Positions 41,701 to 55,269 of a DNA stretch of 64,000 nucleotides are shown piece after piece. The number at the start of each line of letters is the position of its first letter. Positions within the stretch are counted from its first letter, which is position 1. Where the stretch lies: positions 46,220 to 110,219 of the forward strand of contig NMRA01000884.1 in NCBI GenBank assembly GCA_002633005.1. The letters run 5' to 3'. Made by a program: the position numbers and the translations under genes. The DNA comes from Phoronis australis. Taxonomy: Eukaryota > Animalia > Phoronida. The notes under the pieces were generated by a model. The model searched no databases and had not been told where the DNA came from. It worked only from the letters and a program-made list of their open reading frames with translations.

Positions 41701-44700
41701 GGTGTCGAAAGTAGGGTACCTCCACAGTAAATGCTCAGGCCATCGATTACGGACCCTGTCCAGGTAAAAATTGATCGACAGACGATCATCGTCCGATAGT
41801 TGGAGTTAGCAAATGCGAACACAATACTCCACTGAATTCAGTCCAGCTGCTTGGGAAGCCTGGACACTTCCTTTTATGCCATGCAAATAGCCTACGTGCC
41901 TGTCGACTGTTGGCAAAAAAACTAAAGTTTATTTAAAATATACCTGCCTCACCAATTTTTTTGCGAAAAACTAAGCATTTCTGAATTTTCAATTCCTTTC
42001 TAAGTCAGAAAATAAAGTTTTATCAATATCAAAATATACCACCTTGAATGCGAGTAGAGCGTGAGAACTTAAAACGGTTAATATGTTGTGGTTTGTCTCT
42101 TTGGGACAAGTTATGATTTCCAAGTAAAAGGCGAAATATACCATAATAAATTTGTTTCGATGAAAGGAGTGTTCAAGTCTCAGAACATAACTTAACATAT
42201 TACATAGCAACGATAAACAATTTGTTAAAACGAACAGCAAATGAGACCTTGTTTTAGGCGTAGGTAATTTCCGAGGTAAACATTCCCACGCATTTCAGTC
42301 GTACATGTAGTTCCCGTGGTGTCTGAGCAGGGAGTCCTATCGTATGCGATGGCGGTTTTTTCACAGTAGGTGAGAAGTGTCAAGCTGTGGTTGAGTGTGG
42401 CCACAAGGCAGACGCTTACCGTGTCTTAGCGTGTAAGCACCGTTCCATTAAGCTTATCGACTGGCCTGAACACGAAACTCGAAAGACAGATGGACGCAAG
42501 TGAAATTAAACACCGTCCTCTATCCAAAGCTCAAGCGGTCCGAGTGAGTACTAAAGTAGATAGTGACAGGATAAAATGGTGTGCATTTTAAGGGATTGTC
42601 ACGGGTCAAAATACATGTAAGTTGAATTGCATATAAATTATTACCTTTGATTGTTTCTCGCAAGCCCACTCCAATGCATGTAGGCCCCTAGGCAACTCGT
42701 AGCCCTCGGCTGGCTATGTAAGGGCTGCAATACTTGCTTTCGCTTTCTGTACTAATTTCGTCCCGTGTATTTTAAAGGGGCGGCAGGAGAAGTTTGCTTA
42801 ACCACCAAGAGGTTTTCATCTCGCCAAAAATACAGTTAAACTTAAAATTATCCCTTAAATGCGCTTATTTTCTTCAGCAATCCTTTCTGGTTCCTTGCAT
42901 ATCTTACCTGAAGCATGATTTCTGGAATTAAGATGACTTTGGCGAAGAATTCGAACTCCATTTTTAGTCGCCGTTAACTTATTCATCGCGCGCGATAACC
43001 ACAAACTGCAAAACGGCAACATTTGTCCAGGCCAAAGGCATTACCACCAGATGTACGTATGACGTCGATACAGTGTAGGTAGTTGTTCTCGCCTTCACCA
43101 ACTAGGTGCTCTAGTGGAGGACACGATGTTCTAGTAGTGAAAAACATAAAATACGCTTACGGTGGGTCTTGTGCTGCTGAGATTTTTATGTGCAGACTTC
43201 GGTTACTTCATCAGCACTGATTTGGAAGTAATTCTTCCTTCTTAGTAGTTTACATACTGGTCATGTATTTTGTTTCTATTCAAGCTTATTTTCTGACTAC
43301 AGACAGCTGCCTACAGAGACTTGATCTTGAAATCATGCCGAAGGTAAGTCATAGTAATTTTAATAGCCATCTTTGCATTCTCAGGCAATGACTAGCCAGC
43401 CAGTTAGCTGTGTGAAGACTGTCGTCAAAGCACATTTAGTATATTCAGCATATTTAGCATACAGCTTTGTACCAAGGCTTGGCAATGATTAAGTCAACAT
43501 TAACAACACAAGAAATATGGCCTGCACAGATTTAGATTTTTAGCATCCCTAACTGTGCAACTCGATGGACGAACAGCATTGCAGACGACCAGCAAAAACA
43601 TAAAAACACTTCAAGTTTTTTATGCATGGAATCCGGAAACTTAGAGACCTCTCTATTTTTGTTTAAATTTCTGAACAATCTATTTATATTTTATTGATAC
43701 TTTTTAAGTCATACTGTTTGTTAGATAGACTTAAGTTTTACATAGCGCATATTTTTGTTACAACTTACAACTATATTGTATCTTCATCTATTTGGTAGTA
43801 AATGTGTCCAGTTCATATATCTCCGTGTTTTCTTTATATACCTGAATTTATCGAGATATAGGAATTTTTTACTATACACACACCTCACTATAATTATTTC
43901 TGATCTAAATTAAAATGGTTCATGTCAGTTTTTGTTAGTCAGGCTCTACGTCATTAGTGTCTTTTGACCTTTTTATAGCTGTAAGTGTGTAATCATTCCT
44001 ACTACCCTGCACGTTTTGGCTCACGTACTTTTTTCGGAATGAAGCTGTCCTGCAGGAATGCAATGACTCAAAACTAGGCCAACATAATCTTAAACAGGTG
44101 ACCACGAAGCAACCGAAGAGCAGGAAGCAAAAACACCGATATACACGTCAATAGGCCATCGTGCCATACCTGTAGGCAGTTAATGCAATGATCTTTCAGG
44201 AATGTTGGCCCACATGAATTCTATAAGCTATCCTATTACTATACAACATTAAGCATAGATATTAGATGCATGCTGCTATATTTAGGACATTTGAGAATCA
44301 AAGTGTTGGACAAAATCACACTATTGCACAAATAGGCGCATCTGCGTGTTTCTGGGATTTCATGGTGAAACATAAATTACCCACTAGGCTTTCAATGACA
44401 CCAGTAAGTTAACTCTTCCAAGTAGTTTTGATTTACTAATCCTGGAATTATCAAACAACAGACACTTTATGATATATCATATAGACGTTGATGTTGAAGA
44501 ATTATCAAATGATCATATAAACAGAAAAATCAGGTGCCTCAACTTGAAATCTAACCACAGATTCCCAAATTACGCATTATCTCACGATTGGGCAAATATG
44601 ATACATCCTGTGCCTCCTTTTCATTATATTTGAGGCTGGTTTGCGCCTCATTCAACTGAACCAGTGGTAAAATGTACTGTAGTGTTCTCTGTGAACGGCG

Positions 44701-46959
44701 ACGTTTTGACGATGTCTCTACACACGCTCTCCGCAGTTGACATTTTGGCTGCAGTGTATGCACCCTGATGTGTCATAACGTCTTTTTGTAGAGTGATACT
44801 TTACCTGTCATGAGACTTGTGGGAACATGATTTACTGACTGTCTGTGGCACATCAGACATTGTTAATAAAACTGATGCTCAGTGCAGTGCTCATTGTCTG
44901 CCAGATGAGCCAGCATTAAAGTGTCAGAAGTCCAATAAACTACTGGCCTAAACTGGCTGGCATGTAATATTCGGATTGATATAATGTTATACTTTCTGTC
45001 ACGTAGATATATTGGTGCATGCGTCTCCCACTCCTATGAGTCTGAGCTCTGTGTTTCTAGTGAGTAAATCTAAATGCATGCAAGGAAATGAAAGAGAGCC
45101 ACTTTGGAATACTCGCTCGACTGTGAAGTGTGAAGAAGAGGACGAAAGAATCGCAATTTTATAATTTAGTCTTTCTCACCTCAGGGCTGGGGGAGGGGGG
45201 TGGGTTATTCCATAACTTATTGAACAGCTCACTTCATTTTCGCACTCAAGGGCCAAATCAACTCTTACCCATATCAATGTACACGTGTTCCAAAACAGTT
45301 TCATTGTGTAAGGCGATGTTTGAAATCGATACAACCATTTCATATCTATGTACATTGCATGGAGAATTTCTCGCTTACATGTACACTGGTCCCCGCTCTG
45401 AGTCCCTAAGCCCCAGACAACTTTTACGATCCCTCTTCATGTACATGTAGATCTGAGCTAATGGAGTGAAAAGCACTACCTTCTGAACAATGGTGATCCT
45501 TATTACACCCAAATTGTTTTTCTCCGGTATTTGCACAGAATTAAAGCCTGCGATATGGAGAGCTGTTTTAACTGAGTAAATTTAAAACATTACAAAAAGA
45601 CTAAACAGTTTCACTGTATGTTGCATTGATCTTGGCAAAGGGCCATTTCCCAAAGGAACGTTGGTTTTAAATATATTTCATACCTGTTTTCATTACTTTA
45701 TTTTAATACTCCTGTCTACCTGCTTTTTCTTACCGGTTAGGGTTGCCAGCTTTTTATCTTTTGTTTAACCGAATCATCAAAACAACTTGGAAGTCAAGTT
45801 AATTGTGAAACTATCTATGAATTTTCCAGATTACAGCTACACCAAACATGTCACAACACACAAAACTCCATGTGACATTAGCTCAAGTTTAATCTTTATT
45901 AAAACTGAAATACATACAAATGTGCAAATATGGCGATAGCCAAACTGAATATTTGGAACCTCTGGACACTTTTGGTTGCAGTTACTAAGTACAATGTAAC
46001 TATTCTAGCTTTTCGTCAGTCATAAAAACGAAATCACAGCTCTTGCCCACCGACCCACCTCATCCACTGCTTGCACTCTCTCGTTGACTACAAAGCTAGC
46101 CATCTCAGTTGTCTTCACAGGTGTTCCATTAGAACTATAAGCTAAATACCGAAATTGGCGTNATACCCAAGAATAACAGTTTTCCGGTTAGTGTACTTCT
46201 CCTGCAGTAAAATAGTTTAGCATGCATTGAGCCATAAACTATGTTTTAAAAACAATTGATATCTAATTTAGTCACTGTGTGTTGTTCATTGATGTTTCAT
46301 TGTAGCTTAAATGTACATGTATATTAAATGAATGATCCACGTGATATTGCTAAATCTAATCATCGTTTGTAAATCAAGGAGTATATCAATGCGCACATAT
46401 CTTAATTGATTACTACATCTCTCGGAAGACTGTGAAATCTTCGAAACAGCAAAGTTTGTTCTGAAATTTAGTTTGCTGACATCATAGACAATAGTACATG
46501 GACCGCCAACTCCGGGACGATTGATTTTAACTATTAAGTCGTAAAGTCAGTATTCACTAGCGACACAGGCAAAATTAGAAAGTTTTACTTCGGACATTTA
46601 CGTTGTCTGCTTACAATGGTCGGCTGTTGTGTTGTCGCATGTCAAAAGTACACACGATACCAACAGTTACATGTATATTATTGGAAGATTTTTAACAGCA
46701 CTTCAATGCCGATTTTTTATTCGTAGTACTGGACATTAAAAGAGATGAGAGAATTTGGCGTGGCAATGCATTAACCGTAAACTGAAATTGGTACTTTAGG
46801 AGAGTGGCGCCTCCACTAGCATACTGTGCCAGAAAATGATGGAGTTGCAAATCTTTTGACAAAAAATTCTGGCGCTTTAACGGATTTCATGTTATTTGAA
46901 GTCGAAAGTGACCTGTGGTCACGCCAGTAATGCCGACAAACGTCAAAAAAAAGATGACG

Positions 46960-47256
46960 AGAAAAGACGACGACAGAGATGATGACGAAGATGACAGCTA
47001 TGACGACGATAGTGGCGATGATGGACAATGCAAGTTATGATATCATTCATATGACGAACGTAGAGGTTAGAAATCGCTAAGAAATAGACTACAGTCTTGA
47101 GCGACACTTGGCGAAATTAACTGAAGAAAAGACGACGTCGGAGATGATGACAAAGATGACCAATTTGATGATGGTGGTGGCGATTATGAACACCATCATA
47201 ACATTCATATGACGAACTTAGATGTCATAAATTAATAAGAAATAGGCTACAGTCTA
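46960..47256. repeat. Diverged tandem duplication, unit about 166 bp
   Basis: gaaaagacgacg..gagatgatgac.aagatgac ... cattcatatgacgaac ... aagaaatag.ctacagtct occurs twice. Confidence 0.75.
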
Positions 47257-47434
47257 TCTCAATAGAAGCTAAGCCAACATCAATGCAGCAACAGCGCTCA
47301 ACAAAGGAACAGCGCTATCAGAAAATCTCAAATAACTCAAAAAGTAGACGTCTGCTGAAATCCCGTTCAAAACTCTATCTAAACTGATGGTATCGAAAAC
47401 GGGTCAACATGCGCCAAATCCGCTATATTGAAAG

Positions 47435-47645
47435 CAACTTCCGGTTTGAAGGCTCTGTAGAATTGCATGTCATAAGAAACTAACCCTTGCGAAAATTCGA
47501 AGGAATTGGCCGTATAATGCGCCCTCTACAGGAATAACGTTTTTAGGCCAAAATCGAGGTGCGCATGCGCGATCGCCGATATTTCCGCCATCTCTGAACG
47601 GAAGTAAACAATTTCCGGTATACTGTAACACATTTCCGGTCCATT
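47435..47645. promoter_or_regulatory. Promoter-like motif cluster
   Basis: NRF1-type GCGCATGCGC (47561-47570), ETS-type ACTTCCGG, CGGAAGT and two ATTTCCGG, and YY1-like CCGCCAT within about 200 bp. No linked gene was identified. Confidence 0.4.
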
Positions 47646-48949
47646 TACCGTGCCGATTCTTAGCCTTTTCCAGGCCACGACAGTACTCTAATTTATTTCT
47701 AAAATGTGCTCGAAGTCATGGAATTAAGATACATGTACTTACTAGACAAACAACAGTAGTTTTGGCACGACTCTTTTTTCAGGTTTCGAAATTCAAACCT
47801 CATTGCTTTTGCAATTCTCAATTATTCTTATTCGCGCGCATAAAACAACAAAAAACCGCCTACAAATTATTTTCATAAAATAATCCTTCAAAAGTCGTGG
47901 TTGCCCCCTCCCCTCATGTGACATTTCAAATTTTGCAGTGTTGTATGAACAATATCATTCACTTTTAGTTTTGTCTGTGGTTTGTTAAAACAAAGATGCT
48001 TACTGCAAATTAGTTCTGGAGTGTGTCTGAACAAACGTTATTTTTGTGGAATGTCCAAGCGGTTTTGACGCAGGGCGTTGGAAGTGGAGAACATTTTCAG
48101 GGTGAAAGATTCAATGACAATTACTGGGAAAGGCAAAACCACTGGTGAATAGATTTCCGTGGACGTTGTATAGCCGCCAGTGTCTCAGTAACTTCACTTT
48201 TGGGGTAATATGGCTGACTAGTGTTATAATTTTGCTGTCGTTATGCAGTTTGTTGTGACTAACACAGTCAAGTGAAATGCCTGCTGTTGGAAGCATTACC
48301 AGACTTTCATTCACTATACAGGAAAATAAGTGAGGACTGTAAAGGCTGCGTTAAGTATAAAATCCATCAGTACACGACAAGGTTTTTATTGTAGCTCATC
48401 AGCAGACCCACAATCCACAGAATGTACACTTTGAAACAGTCGCGAGCTCAAGATATAACTTCATGCATATTAGGCTCTAATTGCTAATTCCTTCTGTCGC
48501 TTAAATAACAAGACTATGAACTTTTCTTTTGCCAAATCACAACATAGATATCTAACTGTTGTTATGGATAATGGATTGGCTCAAATATGACGCTCCTACT
48601 ATATGTTAACTGTTCAAAATACAGGTGATTTCGCTTATATGTACCTCCTCATCCCGTACTGTACACATAATTCCTCAATCTGTATACATTGTTTGACCAC
48701 TTCAAAGTAAAATATAATATTTAATTCAACTACAATCTGGTTTAACACTCATCACCCGGTTGTTTTATACAATGTAGCATGGACAAAACGACAAATCTAA
48801 ATTTATTAACTGATCTAAATGCAAGTGAAATGGCTCAAGTATGATAATTCTGATGTTTACCATTCAAAATATAGCTGAGCTCGTCAGCTTCCTAAACTCA
48901 TCATCACATACCTTACACGTCACCATTCTGCAAAAACAATGTTTGAACC

Positions 48950-50002
48950 AAGTAAAGTGAAAAAAGATATTTAATGCGACTGTAATCTGGTTTACGCAGT
49001 CAACCCATTTAAGAGTTGTTCTCGTCTTTTAAGGGCAGAATACACATATTTAGCAACAGATATCTGCATTAGCTAGAAGGCGTACAGGATACTCGAGTTG
49101 GATGCTTCCATTGAAATTCCTTCATAAAACGTGACCTACATGTAAGTTATCAATATCCCTTGCAAATCAAGAGGAAGTGGTTTTCATCCTATAAAAGGTC
49201 ATCATTGCAAATCAAACATAATCTATTATAATTTTCCACTTTCTCATGTCTACACACTTCCACTTGTAGTCTATGGTTGGAGCAACGTAAGTGAACGCTT
49301 GAATAAAACTATTATGTAGCGGAAACTTAAGATGTGGTTCAATGCAGTACAGAGTCTTAAAATTACTGTAGTATTTAAGTTTTGCATTATGCTCAATTTC
49401 TGATCGCAACCCTTGGCTCATAACAGTTATTAACTCTTTGCGCGAAAATACTTAAACAGGAGACTTCGTAGTGTGCGTGACACCTTGATTCAACAAAATT
49501 TCATTAAGACCGTATTTTGATACCAATTGTCTAACAGAAGATACCCAAGTATTTCTCCCACTCTGATCTCAATCACTTTAGCGTATCTAGCAGGTGGCAT
49601 TTTCAATAACTTTAGCCAATATTTTACACATGTGATATAGGACTTTGCATAGAGCGCATACATTTCACATTCAACCAATACAGTTGCGTTTGAGCAAGAG
49701 TCTCCAACTGCAAGAGCAATTTTACAGAATTTAACATACACATTTTAAGCCATTTATATCCTTTGAATCTCCCCATTTTCCGCACCGTAGTACATACATG
49801 TAGTTGGCACAGCAATATTACCAAAAAGTTTAAGCGATAGGCTCAATGGTAATTCCGTGCATCGGTTTCTAATTCTACAGAAAGACATAGAAGCTTTACT
49901 TCCTTGATATGTCAAAGTTTCAGTGGCTTTGGAACAAACTAATCTTGGTGTAAACAATATTCCATGATGGTTATATTGGGAGACAATCTCCACTACTTGA
50001 TT
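48950..50002 (-). mobile_element. Decayed non-LTR retrotransposon (RTEX-like), 3' part of ORF2
   Basis: NQVVEIVSQY..GILFTP, LKLF...P..MYYGAE, VKYWLKLLKMP, and the C-terminal zinc-knuckle remnant DENHFLLICKGY (about 49155-49190); many frameshifts. Confidence 0.8.
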
Positions 50003-50099
50003 TGACAACGTCCCAGGGACACAAGAGTTGTGCGCATGCGCGTACCTGTGTAATCGAGTAATTCTAGAGCTTCACAATTTTTAAGTTGTTTTCACAATT

Positions 50100-50795
50100 T
50101 TCCAACTGCTCATGGAGTTTAAAGACAACTGGGCATACATGTAGACGTTAATGAATGCTGGGAAATTTGGTACTCATATTTTGAATCAATTTGTGATAAT
50201 CACGCACCAATCGGGTCAATTAAACTCAGAGGTGACCGCCTTGAATGGTTAACGGACGACTACATTACCCTCTCATTGGACCGTGATTAATGACACAATA
50301 AGACATGCGAATCAAGACATGTTGATGATTGGTCCAAGGCTAAAGAACACAGAAAGCGTTGCAATAATCTAATCAAATAATTAAAGAAGCAGCATTACCA
50401 AAGTGAAATTGAAAATCAAATGATGGTAAACAACTATGAAAAACTTTGAATAAGCTTCTACCCATAAAGTAGAATGCTCGAATCAAATCTGCTTTAATTG
50501 GCGATGCCGAATAAAGTTACCCCAAAAAACATAGCGGAAGAGTGTAATACATTTTTTAATTCAGTTGGAAAGAATTTGGCCCAGGAATTCCGTGATATAC
50601 ATCGGCCAATAATTCCAGCCTATTACACTTCAAACCAATCATTTATGTTTTGCAAAGTTACTGAGGATTCCATCATAGCACAGTTCTCTAAACTTAATGT
50701 AAACAAGTCGACTGAAACTTGCGTGACCGCTGATATGCAAATCACTTACATTTATTTTCAACAAATCGTTGGAAGAAGGCAAAAGTTACACCATA
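50100..50795 (+). mobile_element. Decayed CR1/L2-group LINE ORF2, region preceding the RT
   Basis: ICDNHAP, WLTDD, IAEECNTFFNSVGKNLA, LNVNKST, ITYIFNKSL and KAKVTPI, with stops and frameshifts. Confidence 0.8.
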
Positions 50796-53099
50796 GATTA
50801 TAGACAACAGATTCGCAACTTCGGCATTTCTTTACGTGCTAGCTGAACTCTCGTGGCTTTTCTGGTACAGTTAACCGTTAGTGTATTTTAACGAGAAATA
50901 TTTGCACCTACTTTACTGTCCAAAGCAACGAAAAAATATATTAATTTCGGCATTGAAAGGCTTTTCAATGTCTTTCAATAGTGAGTACTTTTGGCAATGC
51001 TACTGGTAATTAATTGCAAAATTGAAACTTCGGTGCCGACTGCAGAATGGTGAATGTTGGCCAAATCCCCTTTTGTCCGCTGTCGACTGATTATGTCGTC
51101 TGCTTGCCCATCAGCATAGTTATCGGACAGTTTTTGATTTCTGGTTCACATAGGCTTACTGAGAAAACTACGAAAGCACGTTTATACATGTAATTCAACA
51201 TTCTCAAGTGAACAGTTCTTCTGGGAAGTGTTGAGTGGCCCCTAAAAGGGCCGTTGGTTTTAGGTATAGCGTGAAATGGTTCTTAAAAGAACCGTTGAAT
51301 AATTCAAAATAAACCACACAGTATACAATTCTCACTCAAGTACTGAAGGTCCTCTTCATTCAAGTTTTCATCTAGGAAGGTTGGATAAAAACGGAGGAGA
51401 TGACAATATTGATGACTATTGTAACACTTTATATAAATGTTACCGTTCTCCAACGTTATCACGAATCCTGCCTCTTTCAGTTCTTGTTCCTGGATTCAGA
51501 AATAACCCTGAACCATGGGGAAAAAGACATACAACGAAAACGAATCAAATTTTAAAAATCATGGCATTCGTACGATTCCGTGTTGCTGTCGGCAGACTGA
51601 TGTTCCTTCCCAACATCAATGTCGAAAATCGACGATACAAGTGATGGAAACTTGCGTCCTTTGTTTCTAAGTTTTAACCCATTTTTTAAGAAAGGGGTGT
51701 ACTGATTTTGCCTAACGTTGATAGAGCATAACTTTTGGTTTTTACAATGCATGAATTGTGTTGAATGCATTCATATTAGGTGGCTTCATTCAGTTGAACA
51801 GAAAATATATTAAATGTAACACAATAAAGTTTTTAAAATAAATAGAACAGTAACAGGACTCCCTAAAAATCGAGCTGTTTTTGAAAATTTTGCGCCATTG
51901 GTGATCTGATTGGTTCCTGCATTTACGGAGAGAAAATAATAGACCAAGTATCGTGCACGTGTGCACTGTAGCAACACTTTGTAGCTTATTCTTATTTGGC
52001 CAATCTGTTGATACAGTAAATTTCCTTATTTATGTCCATCCTGATTTGACTGCAACTTGAGCTTGTTGGGTTCTATCATATATTGGGTTGGCATTGGGAC
52101 CCACATGATGCTTACTCGATTTGGCTTAATTTAACCAAGTTTTTCAAATTGAGGTGAAGTAAATAAACAAAGTCTGTGATTATCATCACCAGAATTTCAT
52201 CATTAGTATCTTTTGCCGTGTCTGAGACTAGGGATTGTCAGATTTGTAAGGTAGAAGTGTTTCGCTGGATTTCCCGATCTGAAGCGTTATTTATACCAAA
52301 CCGAAATTAAAAAACAGACCTTTGTTTAAATCAGTAGCTGCATGATACACATTTATTAGACGTGCGCAGGCATTGCACTGATCACTTGGAACCATTTTTA
52401 TGGTTTATTAATATAAAGTTAAACCAAGCTGAGGAGCTTGAAACCTGATTCACGGCAATTTTTGGCAGTGGGATTTTCTGAAAAATGCTCGTAAGTCGAC
52501 AACAAAGTTTGATAGCAATGCACTGCAGTTTTGTAGAAACTCTGTCATAAGTTACATATTCGTCAAAGAGCGTAAATTTGATGAATTCTAGCTTACGATT
52601 TCGCCTGTTTCGGAGACCAGGTTTCAACCACTTGTGGGCTATAATAAGCGCCCCTTTCCTGAACCGGATTTTTCTAAGCGCCCTGGCCGCTTATTAGGAC
52701 GAACACGGTAATATTTCAGAAGGGCAATATCCTTTATGCACGGGACCCTTTTGTTACATTAGGAATGGGACTGGCTCATTATGTACCCTACAGGTGGCAT
52801 AGGACTTTACAAAACTGGTTGAAGAAATTTGTTTTCGTCACAAACGTTCGTTTCAATGGCTTAATTTTGGAAATGTTAGGACTTAAGGCGGAAATTCAAA
52901 AACCATTTGTCCGCTTACAAAAATTTAACATTGAAGAATGAAAACAACCTTCACACCCCTCTGGTGTTCCTGATCCATGTTTTCAAAGAACTTGGTTGCA
53001 TTTTCATAGACTACAGTCGAGAGATTTTGTGCGGCATATATTGTGTAACCTGCTGTTGAATTGCTAGATAGAGTTTGACTGGTCCAGTTGGCTGTGTTG

Positions 53100-53863
53100 T
53101 CTCCAAGCAACTTTGCCATTACTATTAACGGCACCCTGCTGGAAAGAACTGAGAAATATAGATATCTGGGTGTTATGATTGATAATAATTTATCATGGGA
53201 CGAACATGTAAAGAATGTGTGCAAAAAGGTTTTTCAGGTAATTGACCTTTTGTACAGAGTCAGGAGCTATGTTGATCAGGCTACTTTGTACAGGAGTCTA
53301 AGTGTACCACAGTTTGACTGCTGTGGTGTTGTGTGGGGTAATTGTGCATCATATCTACAGTACAGGATAGACTTCAAAAATTACAAAACAAGGCTGAAAG
53401 CCTTTATAATGACTTTCCTGTTTCTGACCTCCTTGGTAAACTTAGTTGGTGCAGCCTGGTTAGCAGGCGTGCCTTTCATTCAAACTTTATTAATAGTACA
53501 TGTATACAAAGCCACACATGGTCTCACACCTAATTACCTTACTACTAAATTCATAGCAGTCAGAGATTTTCACAATTACAATACTAGTACGAGTGTTACT
53601 TTCTGCCTGGTACAAGTTAAACCAAAAAACATCTGTATTACTGGGACTTTGTCTGTTAGCCTCAGCTCATCACTATTTTACTCAATTTTATCTTATTTAT
53701 TTAGCAAATTTTACATATTAACTAAATTTAAAGTAATTTACTTTATTTATTATCTTCCAGTCCAATTTTACATAGCTGGCTGTATTTTATTTCATGTAAT
53801 TATTTCTGACTTTGCCCACTTGGAAATCAGTGGTCACTCAGACGTTTAAATAAATAAACAAAT
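53100..53863 (+). mobile_element. Decayed CR1/L2-group LINE 3' end with (AAAT)n-like tail
   Basis: ITINGTLLERTEKYRYLGVMIDNNLSWDEHV...PQFDCCGVVWGNC / LQKLQNKA; tail aaataaataaacaaat at about 53848-53863. Confidence 0.85.
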
Positions 53864-54845
53864 ATTCCCATAATACTATTTCTCATACGCTCTGAGTGGC
53901 CCGCCATATGTAAAACAATGATCTCAGTTTTTTAAGATTTACACTCATGCCCCAAGAAGAGCAATAATCATAAAGGCAGGTTAACATTCTTTGCAAATTA
54001 ATTTGAGTGCTCGAACACAGAACCATGTCATCAGCATAATGTTACAGCCTGAGCGATTTGACTTCCGGTGCCTCTTCATTGATATAAATCCATTAATTAT
54101 CCAGGACTTCAATAAATTCGTTCAAATACATGATAAACAATAGTGGGCTGACCATACACCCTTGTCTGGTGCCAACAGAACAGACAATAAAGTCGGTTAA
54201 CCCTTTTCAGGTGCTTACGCATGATCGTAATTTGCTTTACATGTACATGGATTTCAGGACTTTAAGTACGTTTCCATGGACACCAATTTTTTGTAATCTA
54301 TACCCAAGTTTCAAGTGGTGAACTCTGTCAAACGCCTTCGAAAAGTCGACAAAAGCACAATAAAAACGTCCCCCGGGCTTAGTGATATAGATTTGACACA
54401 TGGCCTGAAGCGTAAACATTTGGTCCTGAGTGCAATAGCCGTTGTGGAATCCCGCCTGTGATTCACGAAGTTCGTCATTTGCTTTCGCTCAGGTGCTAAG
54501 CCGGGTTTTTCAAAAGTTTGATGATTAAATTTCCTACTGCTGACAACAGCGAAATAACTCTATAATTGTTCTCATCATCAGAGATACCCTGTTTAAATTT
54601 AGGAACAATTATTGCGTCTCACCAGCCCTGTGGGTAGTGGCCTGTAGCGAGAATTTCATTGAAAAGCAGTTTCAATACAGGAGCAATAGCTACCCTCGTA
54701 CTCTTCAACATCTCAAACACAACATGATCAATGCCGGCTGTTTTGCCATTTGGAAGATCCATTATGGCGCAGTCAATTTCCTCACATGAGAAAAATGTGT
54801 CCATATCAGTGGGTATAGTCACAAGCATCACAATAATTGTCATGA
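53864..54845 (-). mobile_element. Decayed non-LTR retrotransposon RT domain (same element as 48950-50002)
   Basis: LPNGKTAGID, FVDFSKAFDRV, GTRQGCMVSPLLFIMYLNE, YADDMVL (about 54020-54040) and VNLKKTEIIV. Confidence 0.88.
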
Positions 54846-54868
54846 TTTTCTTGTTGTCTTACGATCTG

Positions 54869-55269
54869 GGCCCGGTCTCTAATCTTTGTACTCGAAATGA
54901 ACTCGAAGCTATTTTTGGCAATTTCTCTGCTCCTTTTGTGCGAACTTAAGATAATTGGTTATCCGACTGTGCTCGAATACATTATAGTTTATGCATAGGA
55001 GTGTCTAGTTCAAGTTTGCCCTTGAAGACCCTTATATTCGTGCTACAAACTCGAGTAAAAACTCGAAATTTCGAGTTCAAACTCGAACTCATTGCTTAAA
55101 TATTGGGTTTACAAACTGTGAACTAAGGGCAATAAATTATCTAAGTAAGTTATTGTGTACTCGAGCAAAGAATAATAGATACTTATCTTGAGTTTGCCCA
55201 AAAGTAGAGTAGAAAATGCCAAAACAAATTTCGAGTTCCAGTTCGAGTAAAAAGATTGGAGACCGAGCC
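54869..55269 (-). mobile_element. 401-bp PIF/Harbinger-type MITE, copy 2 (inverted relative to copy 1)
   Basis: CTG|GGCCCGGTCTCTAATCTTT ... GATTGGAGACCGAGCC|CTG; close to the reverse complement of 35378-35778. Confidence 0.85.

Noticed and set aside
53088-53849. 253-aa membrane-protein-looking ORF
   Set aside because: The N-terminal part is LINE RT C-terminus; the hydrophobic tail is out-of-frame read-through into the AT-rich 3' UTR.
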